Shown here in pieces: positions 1 to 12,700 of a stretch of 64,000 bases of DNA. The position numbers and the translations under genes are program-made. Under the pieces are notes generated by a model. The model was not told the origin of the DNA and made no database searches. It saw only the letters and a list, made by a program, of their open reading frames with translations. This DNA is from an uncultured Acidobacteriota bacterium (GTDB lineage Bacteria > Acidobacteriota > Terriglobia > UBA7540). How positions within the stretch are numbered: position 1 is the stretch's first letter; the number at the start of each line of letters is the position of its first letter. The stretch lies in the NCBI GenBank assembly GCA_963804995.1, contig CAWDSK010000001.1, positions 32,001-96,000 of the forward strand. Direction: 5' to 3'.

Positions 1-504
1 TCCGTCGCGTTAAGAAATAGTAAGAAAAATTCAGGTATGCGCCTTGTCTCATCGCTCCGTCTGGCTGTAGAAATACTATCGAGTTTACTGAAGCGTAAGG
101 ATGTAAGGCAGGAATGGCTACTTCGTGTTTGGGGAATTTGAACCCGCACCTTCGTCTCTCCATTTCCTTTCGTCGGATGATGGCTTGGGGGTTTAGATGG
201 AAGTCTACGCAATCAGGAGACTATTACTGTTGTTCGGAGCCCCTCTGCTAGCCAGCACTGCCCTTTGGGCGCAGCACAAAGCTGACATTTTGGGGACTGT
301 AACGGATTCATCGGGGGCCGTCATCCGGAATGCAAAAGTTGTGGTCTCCAATCCTGACAAAGGTTTCTATTGCGATATGAAGAGTAACATGCTCGCATTG
401 CGGGAGAATAGTGCCACCCCTACCTTACCGGACGGAGGCTCGGCGGATCTCTATAAAGCATTCCTCCCGTATTTTGAGACCACCGAATCCATCGGACTTC
501 ACAC
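1..504 (+). repeat. Exact direct repeat, copy A (copy B at 14981..15484); may extend left of the window
   Basis: Identical by eye from tccgtcgcgttaag to ...ggacttcacac; the copies then diverge (tgccgt vs cccca). Confidence 0.95.
10..36 (+). promoter_or_regulatory. 10-bp-period TAAG direct-repeat operator candidate upstream of a TonB-dependent receptor gene
   Basis: ttaagaaatagtaagaaaaattcaggt; matches the minus-strand motif at 12701..12727, both about 186-187 bp from a receptor start codon. Confidence 0.6.
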
Positions 505-1303
505 TGCCGTTTCCAATTACAACTCGTTACAGTTGAATTTCCGGCACACGTTCGGCCGCGGGCTCAACTTCCAGGTAGCCTATAGGTGGTCCCATGACAT
601 TGATGACTCCATCTCAACATATTCTAGTTCCGCCAATGGGGTCGACCCCTTCAATCTCACACGCTGGTATGGAACCTCGGATCTGAACCGCACGCAGGTG
701 CTGGGCATGAGCTACGTCTATGAATTGCCCATCTTCAAGAACTCCACGAACGGTGCCCTAAATAGCGTCGCAGGCGGGCGGAAAATCAGAGGCATTATCA
801 GTCTCTGGACAGGGCAACCTATTACTTTCAACTGCGGGGTCAGCGGTACGAGTAGCGCCATCGGGAGCGGGGTGATGTGTAGCACACCGGGACGGGTTCG
901 AATCAAGAAACGAACGGTCAACGATCTCCAATACAGGCCGACCCCCACCTGGTTTGATCCTGCAATGCTCGCTCGGGCGCTCTTCAGCCAGCTCTTCGCG
1001 AACGGCCAGTCCGGGATGTTCGACTATATGGGCCGGAATGTTCTTACTGCCCCAGGGCGCAACACGTGGGACCTTGCCTTGCTTAAAGACTTCCAGTTGT
1101 CCTGGGTCCACGCTGAACACTCTACGCTGCAATTTCGCTGGGAGACGTTCAACACGTTCAATCATCCCCAGTTGAAATCCATCAACGCCAGTTGCAGCAG
1201 TAGTACCGGATTTGGCGAACCCTGCACACAGCAGGGGAATGCAGAGGTGACGGGGGACTGGGGTCCCCGCGTTATGCAATTTGCTCTGAAATTCAGCTTC
1301 TAG
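197..1303 (+). pseudogene. Internally deleted Oar-like TonB-dependent receptor (signal peptide + partial carboxypeptidase-regulatory-like domain joined to the barrel C-terminus)
   Basis: GTVTDSSGAVI N-terminus; NYNSLQ, LQFRWETFNTFNHPQ and C-terminal ALKFSF; close paralog of 8897..12539 but only 368 aa. Confidence 0.8.
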
Positions 1304-1464
1304 CTTAGTTGTCGTTCATTCCCCTCCAGAGGGAGATGCGACGTGAAACGTTCTGTGCCAGCATTTGTTGGGTGGGTCCCTGCCGTCACCGCTTCAGCAA
1401 ACCGGGCGCAGATGAGATCTTGAAACCACAATAATGGATGAGCACAACACAGGGAGGAGAAAAT

Positions 1465-2394
1465 ATGTCTGAGGAATCCGCTTTAAGCCGACGCGAATTT
1501 TTTAAAACGAGCGCAGTAGCCGGAGCTGGTCTTGCCGCCGGTGCCACTAACCCTAGCGGTCTTTTGGAACCGCCCTCAACGTCTACAGCACAAGCGAAGT
1601 CGGTAAAGGTTTACATGGTCACCGATATGGAAGGTGTACACGGCATTTTCAACTGGGAAGACCAGTGTCAACCGTTCAAGAGCGCTCGGTGGGCAGAGTC
1701 CCAGAAGTTGCTGACGGGTGAGGTCAACGCCGCTGTTGAGGGGCTGTGTGCTGGTGGCGCGACGGAAGTCATTGTGGCCGATCTCCATGACAGTAGTCGC
1801 TCACTTTCAACGGAAACAATTGACCCGCGAGCACGATTACTTCAGGGTGTAGGTATCCCGGCCACTCTTGGGTTAGACTCTTCTTACAGCGCCATGATCT
1901 TCATCGGCCAACATCCGATGGCCGGCGCCAAAAACGGAGTCATAAGCCACAGCTACGCTTTTGAGATTCAAAATATGTGGTTGAATAACCAGATCATCGG
2001 TGAAATCGGGTCCACAGCGGCGTTTGCGGGCTACTTCGGAGTACCGGTAATCATGCTTGCCGGGGACGCGGCAGCTTGCCAGGAACTGCAACAACTGGTC
2101 CCCAATGCCGAGTGTGCAACGGTGAAGACAGGTTTAAGCCGGACGGGAGGGATTTCGCTCTCGGATCAGGCCGCGTATTCATTGATTCGCGAAAAGGCGC
2201 GCCGCGCTGTAGAACGACTCCCAGAGTTCAAACCTTACAAGGTCTCCGGGCCAGTGGAATTCAAGGTCGAGTTCACAGTACAAGGCATGCCGGTTTACCG
2301 GGAGCGCGAAGGCGTTGAGCGGTTGGACGACCGGACCTATGTATACCGGGGAAAGGATCTCGTCGATGCTTGGCTGAAGTGCAGTGTCTTCTAA
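1465..2394 (+). CDS. Peptidase M55 (DppA-like D-aminopeptidase) with Tat signal
   Basis: VTDMEG, ADLHD, IGQH, SHSY and GEIG motifs; SRREFFK Tat motif; GGAGGAG RBS. Confidence 0.9.
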   Translation: MSEESALSRREFFKTSAVAGAGLAAGATNPSGLLEPPSTSTAQAKSVKVYMVTDMEGVHGIFNWEDQCQPFKSARWAESQKLLTGEVNAAVEGLCAGGATEVIVADLHDSSRSLSTETIDPRARLLQGVGIPATLGLDSSYSAMIFIGQHPMAGAKNGVISHSYAFEIQNMWLNNQIIGEIGSTAAFAGYFGVPVIMLAGDAAACQELQQLVPNAECATVKTGLSRTGGISLSDQAAYSLIREKARRAVERLPEFKPYKVSGPVEFKVEFTVQGMPVYREREGVERLDDRTYVYRGKDLVDAWLKCSVF

Positions 2395-2619
2395 GGGCTG
2401 ACAAAGCCTATGTGTGTCGTCACAAAGGCGGCGCCTGAGAAAACGGCCAGCTTTCAGCAGCATCACCGCTCTTTCACGAGCCTTCTTGTTGTGGCGCGAT
2501 GTCGTGCCCCTCGCGATTTTTCCGAATGTTTTGACAGCCTGATGCGCCCGACTTCCGGAGCATAGGTGCTTGGCGCGGCCATTTCGCCGTCCATGGATTC
2601 CTGGTCCCACTCATCAAAA

Positions 2620-3031
2620 GCGATGTAGGTCAACATTTCCGTTTTCAAATCTCGACCGACGCATAACATACACCTGACTGCCCCTGCATGCAATCGTCGT
2701 CGTCGCGGGCGGGTTTTCGGTGTCGAGCGCCTCAGTGATCCCACAAGGCTCTCGTCCTACCTCTTCGGAGGGTTTCAAGGCCCTTAACTGCCGCTTTTCC
2801 AACCCATAACTCGGACACCCCTCTGACCACGCCTACCTTGCCGCCGAGTTCCGCCTCCGGCCAGCGCTTTCGCCTCCCCGATGGTGATGGTACCGCCGCA
2901 ATCCTGAACAGCATGGCTCCAAAGACCTGCCGCGTCAGATAACTCTCCGCCAAAAGCAGCCAATAATACCCGCACGCTTCGCCAGCCGTCCGCCAGTTTT
3001 CACCAGCCGCTGCTTCAAGTTGGTCAACGAC
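2620..3031 (-). mobile_element. IS1380-family remnant (transposase C-terminus and right-end region)
   Basis: SLTNLKQRLVKTGGRLAK and LAESYLTRQVFGAML segments; truncated by the IS6 element. Confidence 0.65.
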
Positions 3032-3861
3032 GGATGTGTTGCCAGAAGTCGCGGATGGTCTGTCACTCTTGAGAGACCATTGCTGGACCCTAATGACTGG
3101 CGAGCTTCAAATGGCGGCACTTCACCCCCGAAATCATTCTGTGAGCCGTCCGTTGGTACCTTCGCTATTCCCTTTCCTATCGTGATACCCAAGAGTTGTT
3201 GGTCGACAGAGGTTTGGACATCGATCATACGACCGTCTGGCGGTGGGCCCAGCGTTACGTGCCGAAACTCGAGGTGCGGACCCGGCCCCACCTGAAACCG
3301 ACGAATAAATCCTGGCTGGTGGACGAGACGTACGTGTGGGTCAAAGGCCGCTGGTTTTACATCTATCGAGCGATCGACTTGGCAGGGGCGACGGTCGATT
3401 TCTTCCTATCGGCGTTTCGTTCTGCCGATGCGACCAAGGCGTTGTTGGCCAAGGCGCTGACAGACCCTTCTCACCCGCAGCCGCGGGTGATCAACACCGA
3501 CAAAGCCAAGTGTTATCCGCCATCGATTCTTGAACCCAGGGAAGAAGGAGCCTTACGGAAGCGCTGCCGTCATCGGCCGGTTCAATATCTGAACAACATT
3601 TTGGAGCAAGACCACCGCGCCATCAAGAAACAGATCAGTGCCCAGCAACATTTTCGGCTGGTCGGTTCTGCGCGGAGAACGATTCCAGGTTACGAGGTGA
3701 TGCACAAGATACGGAAGGGCCAAGTCCAGCCGGTGAAGAAGGGTGACATTCGAGGCCAGACCCGATTTATTAATCGAGTCTTCTGCCTCGCTGCCCAACT
3801 TACTACCTCGGTCGCCGTCCGAGCCGATCCCTGTCCTCCCTTCAATCTTTTCAACACATCC
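3032..3861 (+). mobile_element. IS6-family element; transposase carries an in-frame TGA at 3142..3144
   Basis: Terminal inverted repeats GGATGTGTTG...CAACACATCC; FKWRHF..IIL*AVRWY, VDETY and NNILEQDHR motifs. Confidence 0.85.
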
Positions 3862-3864
3862 AAT

Positions 3865-4045
3865 TCACTTGGTGGTTGCCAACCCCAAGGCGGGGCGTCG
3901 TTTCGCCGAGCCGATGAGTAGCAAGAACAACCGTATCGACGCCGAGGTCTTATTGGAATACGCGGCTCGCATGCCCTTCCGGCCCTGGCAGGCTCCTGCC
4001 CCCTTGGCTTTGCAGTTGCACGCCGTCGCCCGCCGCCGCGAGGAG
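3865..4045 (+). pseudogene. IS110-family transposase fragment
   Basis: VVANPKAGRRFA..KNNRIDAEVLLEYA resembles the IS110 N-terminal KTDxxDA segment. Confidence 0.6.
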
Positions 4046-4191
4046 CGCCGGCGCGATCCGATCTTGGTGGGTCGACGTGAAAAAATCAAAGCAGAAAGCC
4101 CACTGTCTTTCTGCAAGGACAACGGAGTTCTGCATTGCAGGCTGTTTCCTGCTCAAAGGTTTTCGCTCTCGATGAAACGCCCGTTCGATCC

Positions 4192-5097
4192 TTACTCCGG
4201 CAGGTACTTTAACCAGGCATCGAGAAAGTTCTTCCCATGGAAAATCCAGGTACGCTCATCCAACCGTTCGACTCCATTACCTGTCCGCCAGCGGCTGGTT
4301 CCACGTGTGGTAATTTCCACCTTCACGTCCACGGGCCCCGACATCCTATAAGGCTTCATTTCTCCTAGCCGTTCCATCGCACGCTGTGCCTTCTCGCGAA
4401 TCAGCTTGCAAGCAGTAGGGTGCGGGAGCATATACCCTGCTGTGCGACCGACGCCGGATTTTACTTCTGCGCACTCGGCTTGCGGCGCAGTATCGTGCAG
4501 TTCGCGGCAGGCAGCAGCGTCACCGGAAAGCATTGCGACCGGAATTCCAAATTCTCCCGCCAGCATGATGGTGGTGGCGATTTCACCCTCCGGCGTGCCA
4601 TTCACCCACATGTTCTGGATTCCCAGCGAGCTATAGCTGTGGCTCAGAATTCCATCCCTAGCCCCGGCCATCGCGTGCTGGCCAATGAAAACGATAGCGC
4701 TATAAGAGGAATCAAGCCCCATGGTAGGTGGAATGGGGCTGCCCGTAAGCAATCGACATCTGGGATTGATGTTGAGCACCGAGAGCGTTTCCGAGCCGTC
4801 GTGCCCGTCATACACAATGACCTCCGTCGCGCCACCGGCGAATAAGCCATCCACCGCCGCGTTGATCTCGCCGGTCAACAGGTTGCGCGATTCTTCAAAT
4901 CGCCTGCTACGACCCGGCATGCACTGCAAATCGCTGTCGAAAATTCCACTCACGCCTTCCATATCCGTAACCATGAAGACCTTCTTCGGTGGCGTGGCCT
5001 GTCCAAAAACCGAGCCTACGGATACCAAACTTATCAACAGGCAATACCCGGCGAAGATTCTTCTCTTCTTCAACATGATTTTGACACCTCGTTTCAA
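4192..5097 (-). CDS. Peptidase M55 (DppA-like) paralog with Sec-type signal peptide
   Basis: VTDMEG, YDGHDG, IGQHA and SHSY motifs; hydrophobic N-terminus. Confidence 0.9.
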   Translation of the reverse strand: MKRGVKIMLKKRRIFAGYCLLISLVSVGSVFGQATPPKKVFMVTDMEGVSGIFDSDLQCMPGRSRRFEESRNLLTGEINAAVDGLFAGGATEVIVYDGHDGSETLSVLNINPRCRLLTGSPIPPTMGLDSSYSAIVFIGQHAMAGARDGILSHSYSSLGIQNMWVNGTPEGEIATTIMLAGEFGIPVAMLSGDAAACRELHDTAPQAECAEVKSGVGRTAGYMLPHPTACKLIREKAQRAMERLGEMKPYRMSGPVDVKVEITTRGTSRWRTGNGVERLDERTWIFHGKNFLDAWLKYLPE

Positions 5098-5407
5098 TGG
5101 GATGTTGATGCAACTACGAGTACCCTGAAAACCGCTTGCCCGTCCCCAGAAGGGGAAATGTCATCGTCTCTGCTGCCGATGGACCGGCCAAATCTTTACT
5201 TGCGGCGCTCACGGTGCGCACTTCCGAGACGCAAACGGCAGCACATTGTACATCTGATTTATCTTCCAGAGAGGCGTTGTTGACCGATCGCAGTCACTTC
5301 AGACACAATAAGTGAGCCATTGTCACATGCCGCGGACGGTGATCGAGATCGGCTCGGGCCACCTTCATCTGAACCGGCAGACAAGGCGGAGGCAGGAGCT
5401 GTGAAAA

Positions 5408-6586
5408 GTGCATAAGACATCCATGGGTGTCGTCCTCTTATTCTTATTGGTTGGGCGGCTTCCGTTGGTCGGTGTGCCCCAGAAACCCGGACCTGATCCA
5501 CGCGCGTTGTTCGGGGAGGCACAGCGGGCCCTCCTCGCTCACGACTACGCCAAGGCGGAGCGGGATTTCCAAGAAGTCCTTAAGATCGATCCGCACTCGG
5601 CAGGGGCTTATTCGAATCTGGGCGTGGTCGAGATGCGTCTGGGCAGGTACGACTCCGCCATCCAGGCTTTCCAGGAAGCCAAAAAACTCGAGCCGCAATT
5701 GATAGGGTTCGACCTGAACCTGGGCCTGGCTTATTACCGCAAACAGGACTATGCCAATGCTATTCCCGCATTCGCGCGGGTGCTGCAATCCAACCCTGAG
5801 CACGCACAGGCGCGCTATCTGCTGGGCATGAGTTACTTTATGCAGGACGACTTCAAGCGTGCGGTCGCTACACTCGAGCCGCTTTCGGGCGAAGAGAAGA
5901 ACAATCTTGATTACCTCTTCGTGCTGGGTGTTGCCTATGACAAGGTCAAGCGGCCTGCGGACTCCCAGCAGACCTTTGAGCAGATGATTCGCGCAGGAGG
6001 CGACACCGCTCATCTGCACTTGCTTCTGGGGAAGGCCTACCTGGACAATTCACAGACTTCCAGGGCCGAGACTGAACTGGAGAAAGCAGTGGCACTTGAT
6101 CCCAAGCTGCCCTCCGCTCACTACAATCTGGGTGTGGCCTATCAGCGCGAGGGGAAGTTAGATCAAGCGGCAGCACAATTCAAACAAGAAATGCCGCTCA
6201 CTCCGGATCATCCCTGGAGCTTTGAGAATCTAGGCGTTGTCTATCTCGATCAGGAAAAGCCCGACGAAGCCATCGAGGTGTTTCGCAAAGCGCTCGACAT
6301 TGATCCCAAGCTCCCCTATTCGATCGACGGAATTGGCAAGGCCTATTTGCTGAAGGGCCAGCCGGAGAAAGCCCTACCTTACCTCCAGCGCGCGGTGGGA
6401 CTGATGCCAGACAGTGCCATGATGCACTTCCAATTAGGTCAGGCCTATCTGAAAACCGGTCAGCGCGAAAAGGGTCAGAAGGAAATCGTCGTGGCAGGGC
6501 AGCTCCAGGCGCAGGCCCGGAAGAAATTCGAGGAGACACTCTCAGGGAAGTTACCCGCTCCGAAGGCTCCCGGGGATGACCGATAG
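5408..6586 (+). CDS. Exported tetratricopeptide-repeat protein
   Basis: Repeated AYSNLG/AHYNLG...DP TPR units; signal peptide. Confidence 0.9.
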   Translation: MHKTSMGVVLLFLLVGRLPLVGVPQKPGPDPRALFGEAQRALLAHDYAKAERDFQEVLKIDPHSAGAYSNLGVVEMRLGRYDSAIQAFQEAKKLEPQLIGFDLNLGLAYYRKQDYANAIPAFARVLQSNPEHAQARYLLGMSYFMQDDFKRAVATLEPLSGEEKNNLDYLFVLGVAYDKVKRPADSQQTFEQMIRAGGDTAHLHLLLGKAYLDNSQTSRAETELEKAVALDPKLPSAHYNLGVAYQREGKLDQAAAQFKQEMPLTPDHPWSFENLGVVYLDQEKPDEAIEVFRKALDIDPKLPYSIDGIGKAYLLKGQPEKALPYLQRAVGLMPDSAMMHFQLGQAYLKTGQREKGQKEIVVAGQLQAQARKKFEETLSGKLPAPKAPGDDR

Positions 6587-6692
6587 GCAAGCGCGAAGCC
6601 TGTTGCAGCATGCAACGGACTTGGTCAAGTCGAAGTTGGTCCCTTGACGCTCAATTGACAACCCGACAGCAGTTTTTCAATAGGGTCACAGG

Positions 6693-8510
6693 TTACGACT
6701 TCGCAATGGGGGGCTTCGCCGCCGCAGTCGGGGCTTTTTCTGCCTTGATGATTCCAGCCCCTTCTTTGATGGTAAGGAACTGGTTGGCTTCGATGTTCGT
6801 GAATTTCTCGGCCCGCTGGGTAGTAGGCCACTTCACCTCAATCAGGTCCGCCTGTGGGGCTCGCCCAAGGCCAAAGTGCAGGCGCAAATCACTTTGCGAC
6901 ATCACGCTGGTTCCGGAGTGCACCTCATCGGTTTGGATGTGTTTTCCGGTTACCACTCGCACGCGCGCTCCGATGGCTGTGCGGTTACAGGTTGCGCCGA
7001 CAAGCTTGAGCTTGATCCAGTTGTTTTTATTGCCGCCGTCGTTGCGGAGCAGTGACGGGTAATCGTTCATATTCAAGACCAGCACGTCGATGTCGCCGTC
7101 GTTGTCATAGTCGCCAAAGGCGCACCCTCAACTCGCAAAGCGCGAGGCTATTCCCGGCCCCAAGTCCTTGGAGACGTCCTTGAACTTGCCATTCCCGAGG
7201 TTCCTGTACACGATCCGCGGTGAAGTAAATTGGGCGTCCAATTCCAGCTCCGCGAGCTCCGGGTAAATGTGGCCGGTGACATGGAAGATATCCTCCCAAC
7301 CGTCGTTGTCGTAATCCATGAAACCCGCGCCCCAACACACGTACTGCTTGTTCAGGGCCAAGCCGGCCGAGCGGGCCACCTCTGTGAACATCCCGTCCCC
7401 GTTGTTATGATAGAGGTCCACCGTATCGTCTGAAAAGTTCGTTTTGAAGATGTCGAGCCAGCCGTCGCAATCATAGTCCCCCACCCCCAGTCCCATTCCA
7501 GCCTGTTCCTCCCCGTCCTCGCTGTAAGCGCATCCGGCACTTATGGCGATGTCCTCAAACGTCCCGTCGTGCTGGTTATGAAACAAAATGCTGGGCTCGG
7601 AATCCACTGCCACGTAAATATCGGGCCAGCCGTCGTTGTCAAAATCGTAGGAGACGGCGCTGAGGGAGTACCGAGGGCCGGGTTTCAGGATACCTGCCTT
7701 TTCCGAAACATCCGTGAACGTCCCGTCCCCATTGTTGTGGTAAAGGATATTCATCGCGCCGGGCAGGCCTCGCGGCCCGCAAATCACCGGATGCTGACGA
7801 TACTGGCAATAGCCCGTCTCTCCTGGCAAGGGCACTTTGTTCAGGTCCAGCTCGATGTAGTTGCACACGAACAAGTCCAGGAATCCGTCACGGTCGTAGT
7901 CGAGCCACGTGCAGCCGGTGCCCCAGCGGACGCGCTCTTGCCATAGCCCCGACTGCTTCGTTACGTCGGTGAAGGTGCCGTCGCCATTGTTGTGCCAAAG
8001 CACGTTATGACCCCAATAGGTACAGAACAAATCATCCCAGCCGTCGTTGTCATAATCGCTTACGCAGACGCCGGTGCCCCATCCCGTACGAATGAGGCCG
8101 GCCTTCTCGGTTACGTCGGAGAACGTACCATCGCGGTTATTCTTGAAGAGGCGCTGGGTGGGAGTCCTGCCGCCCGGATACGGCTCTTCGCCCGGCAAGC
8201 GGTCACCGTTGGGCAAATAGATGTCAAGCCAGCCGTCCTGGTCATAATCGAAAAAAGCCAAGCCGCTACCTTTGGATTCCACGAGGTACTTCTTGCGTTT
8301 GACACCGCCCCAGACATTCGGCACGTTTAAGCCGGCCTCTTTGGCGACATCCACAAAGGTGACCGGGCACGGGTCGTCGGGATGGGAGACCGTTGCCGCC
8401 AGCGCGGGAATTCCGGTCCATCGCCACAGCGGGGTAGTAAGAACTTCCAGTAGTCTTGACCCCAAGAGGATAGCGGAAGAACCCAGAAAATGGCGACGAG
8501 GCAGTCTCAT
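6693..8510 (-). pseudogene. CRTAC1-like FG-GAP/ASPIC-UnbV protein interrupted by an in-frame TGA at 7128..7130
   Basis: Many DYDNDGWxD repeats and a C-terminal LHFGLG; reads FAS*GCAFGDYDND in one frame (Arg CGA expected at the stop). Confidence 0.85.
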
Positions 8511-8896
8511 TGATGTCAATTGTAGGCCCCCGTACTATTCCATAGACAACAACTCTATTTACCTCTCCAAGGGTACGCAAGAGAATAAATCCGGTGAGCA
8601 ACGACCTGGACCAGCCATTTCTGGGGACTCTGATCCGGATAGGACCCTTCCCGCCAACTAATCCCTTGTGCGATCTTATGGCTTGATGGCTGCGGTCCTG
8701 CGGGTTTCACTAGGGCGGAATGCATTTATCGAATAGAGCTTGCGGTGCGAAATCGAAAACGGTCGGCAAGAATCGAGGACCCTGAGGTCTCGCCGTCGCG
8801 GCTGGCTCACTGCCGCCGCGGCTCTCCACACTAGACGATGGGGGTACAGGAAGATTCTCGCTGCCTCGCTGTACCCCCGCCCCCAGAACATTCACG

Positions 8897-11800
8897 TCAG
8901 AAGGTAAACTTCATAGCGAACTGTAAAACGCGCGGCGTCCATGCCCCTGACACCTCACCCATGCCATAATTGTTGGCGATGCCGCTGCACGGAGATCCAA
9001 AAGGCGTACTGCCGCCACAGCCAGCGTTAATGTTATTCCACTGTGTGTGATTGAAGGTGTTAAACGTTTCGAAGCGGAATTGTAGCGATGAGTGTTCGCC
9101 TCGCGCCCAAGGCAATTGAAAGTCTTTGAGCAGGGCTAAGTCCCAGTTATTTCGGCCCGGTCCAGTGAGGGCGTTCCGTCCCATATAGCCGAACATCCCC
9201 GGTTCACCGCTGGCGCTGAACTGGGAGAGATTCGGCTGGCCGACACTATTTGGATCATACCACATCTGAGTAGGTCCGAATTGAGGGTCGTTGTAAGTAG
9301 ATTTCCTGATCTTGACCGGGGCGAGCGAGTTGCAACGCATTCCTTCACTGATACCGTTGCTCATTCCGTCTACACCGCAGCCGAAGTTCACCGGCTCCCC
9401 GCTGTAGAAAGTCGTAATCCCACTCACCGCCCAGCCACCCAGCGCCGTCTTTACTGTGGCCTTAGAGGCATTCTTGAAGAACGGCAGGTCGTACATGTAA
9501 TTCATCACCAGAGCGTGGGTACGGTTAAAGTCCGACGTGGCAAACCAGCGGTTTAGGTTGGACTCGTCCACATACAAATAGCCGTTTCCGCTCTCGTTGT
9601 CAATCCCGTGAGCATATGTGTAGGCCGCCTCGAAGCTCACGCCATGTCCAAACCTATGGCGCAAGTCCGCTTGCAAAGAGTTGTAATGAGAGGAGGCTGC
9701 ATATTCGTAATAGTCGATCTGGCTGTAAGCGCGATACGGAAAAAAGAAGATGTTCGGCTGGATCTGGTTCATCAGGATGGACTGGACATCACAGTTGCCC
9801 GAGACATCGCATCCCGTTGTCCCGGCTAGGGCTGGAACGTTCATAGTTCCTACACCATCAGGTATGCGGGTGAGGTTCGAGGTGCGGCTCAGGTGCCGCC
9901 CCAAAGTCCCAACCCATCCTATGCTCAGAACAGTATCCGATGGAAACTCGTGCTGCACCGTGAGATTGTACTGCTGCGACGACTGCCAAGGTCCGGAGGA
10001 TGGATAGGCGGATACATACACCGGAGCTAGAGGGCCCTGCGCTAAGCTCTCGTAACCGTTAATGTTGTACCCGACAGGTTTAAATGACGATCGGCGGATT
10101 TCCAATTCCCACTTCCGAATTCCCGTAGGAAGACAAGTTGTCATAGAAAATGCCATATCCCCCACGGATAGAGGTCTTGCCACTGCCGGTAGGATCAAGG
10201 GCAAACCCGAGGCGCGGCGTAAACATATTCCGCGGCACGTTCCGGCAACCTACGGGAATCCCTGTCGACCCGCATTGTACCAAGCCGTTCCCGAACATCG
10301 TGTAGTTATATCCGGTACCTTGGACTATGTTTCCGTCGATATCGAGCTGAGCTTGTTTCGCCGGATCGTACAGTGCAGGGAAGAAATCCGCGTCGTTGGT
10401 GGGAATGGAGAAATCGTGTTCGGGTGTCGAAGCGTAGTAACGCAACCCCAGGTTGAGGGTCAACCTGCGGTTAACCTTCCAGTCATCCTGGATATAAGGC
10501 TCGTATTGCTGCTTGCGCTCGCGCGTCCAGCCCCATCCCCCCACCGGGACGCCACCAGAAACGGCGGTGCGCTCCGTGTACGAATAGATCCGGCCCAAAA
10601 ACATATCGGCTAAACCATTCTTCGTCGTGAGAGGTCCTCCGCCCGTAAAGACGTAGTTCCCCATCGGGTCGGCATCCGACCCCGGGCCCGAAGTGTGATA
10701 GATCAAAGCCTGCAACCCAAACTTAAGGGTGTGTCTACCCACCGTCCAGGCCACGTTGTCTCTCAACGTATTCACGGGGAACCACTGGCGATAGTTGGTC
10801 AAATGCACGGCCATGGTAAAATGGAAGGGCGTGCCCCCAGAAACCTTGATTCCAGGCAGATAGGGGATCGCAGCGTTGGGAGCGAAGAAGTTTCCCGCGG
10901 TCCAGTTGGAGGGCTTGGTGATCGATCCTGAGGGAGACGTAGGGCTGACCAAAGGAGTGTAAATCTGATCCGTGCGAGAGTACCCATAGATGAACTCGTT
11001 CATCAGGTTGGGCTTGAAGGTGTGGACCAGGTGCAGCCAAGCCATCGGAGTCGGAATCGACCTGTGCGTCTCTACGGTGTCGTAAGTGTTGGAAGAATAT
11101 AGGGCCGGGGCGACGATCTTGGTCCACGACTTGTGTGAGTACTTGACGAAAAGTCTAGTATTGTCACCGATATTCTGATCCACACGCGCGCTGATTTCCA
11201 GCAAATCCGCCGGCACCTTGATAGAACTCACGTAACTGTCAACGCCGTTATTGGGAAGAGGAACGAACGCATCGAGCATCGGCTTTGCGTTGGGATCGAT
11301 AGGCACAGTGTCCCCTGGGAACGGCTGGCCGGTGGCAGGATTTATGGGTAACCTGCAGCCGGAAGCAACCACGGCGTTGTAATTGGCAGACATTGGGTCG
11401 CATTCACTGAAATCCCCCTGCCGCATCCGCAGACTCGGCACACCGCTGGGGCCAATTTCCTTCCCGTCACGATACTTCGCCCAGTACTGGGAATAGTAGA
11501 AAAAAGTCTTCGACTTATCCGTGTTGTAATGGCCGGGAATATAGACCGGCCCGCCGAGGGTGAAGCCGAAAGTGTTAGCTTGCAAGGGGGCCTTTGGAGC
11601 GTTACAAGGTCCGGCAGGGTTTCCGCCACAGTCTGCTTGCACATTTAAGCTGCTCCAAGGTTCTCGGTTAATAAAAAAATCATTGGCGTTGAGGGCTTGG
11701 TTCTTGACGAATTCGAACGCCGTGCCGTGAAAGTCCTTCGTCCCAGACTTCGTGACAACGTCAATCTGGGCTGCGCCCCGTGAGCCCAGATCTGCGCCAT

Positions 11801-12539
11801 AGTTGGCGGTGGAGACCCGGAACTCGGCAATGGATTCGATGCTCGGAAACTCCACCAGGGTAACGCCGCCGCTGCTATTATCCTCGGCGCTCTGGCCGTC
11901 GAGATTCCAATTGGTGGAATCCTCCCGCAACCCGTTGAAGGACATGTAAGCTCTGTAGCCGTGGCCGATATGCGAAAGGTCTGCACTATTATCGGGGCTT
12001 GCCCCGGGAACCAGGAAGCTAAGCTGCTGAAATTGGCGCCCGGCTAGGGCCAGGGTGACGATTTGACTTCCTGTCACCACGTCGGAAACGGATCCGCTCT
12101 CCGTTTCCACTTTCGTGACGTTCCCAGCGACGGTGATTTGCTGCGTCACCTGACCGAGCGTGAGCTGCATGTCTAACCGGAGCGTCTGGTCGACTTCAAG
12201 CCTGATCCCTGTGCGCACCAACTTCTGGAAACCCGAAACCTCGGCGCTGACAACGTAGTTGCCGATGGGAACCTTATCGGCCCTATATTCTCCCGCTGAA
12301 TTCGTCACCGTATTGCGAACAAAGCCTCGGTCGGGATTTGAAACCACAATCTTGGCTCCTGGCACGATGGCACCTGTGGAGTCCGTCACTATGCCCACAA
12401 TCGTGGCTTGATCCTGCGCCCAAGCCGCGACCGGCGAGAGCAAAACAAGGGCCAATATGAGCAAGCCCAGCTTCCCGATGGCGTCTGTCGCCGATAAATA
12501 CTCGCATCTCTTGTCAAACCGCTGAGATTTATGCTCCAT
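8897..12539 (-). pseudogene. Oar-like TonB-dependent receptor split by a frameshift near 10080-10100
   Basis: Two overlapping ORFs (819 aa + 435 aa) give one receptor: GIVTDSTGA, KSGT..HG, QDDWKV, PRLGFA, terminal MKFTF. Confidence 0.85.
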
Positions 12540-12700
12540 AAATCACTCTCCTTAACGCTTATAGATTCTTCTCAAGAGCGACGCTTTATAGGTTAACTAT
12601 CATGAGAGCCGCAAACCTAGCGGAGAAGTCCTTCCCTTTGCGTTTCGCCCGACGGAATGGTAACCTTTTAGCTCAATGGGAGCGCCGAGGCAACGAGAGA

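Noticed and set aside
2394..2541. Possible degenerate MITE (ggctgacaaa...tttgacagcc), with a similar case at 6597..6685
   Set aside because: Inverted ends are short and imperfect; cannot be supported without other copies
3142..7130. In-frame TGA codons suggesting recoding or selenocysteine
   Set aside because: One replaces an expected Trp and the other an expected Arg, and many intact genes here end in TGA; simple point mutations suffice
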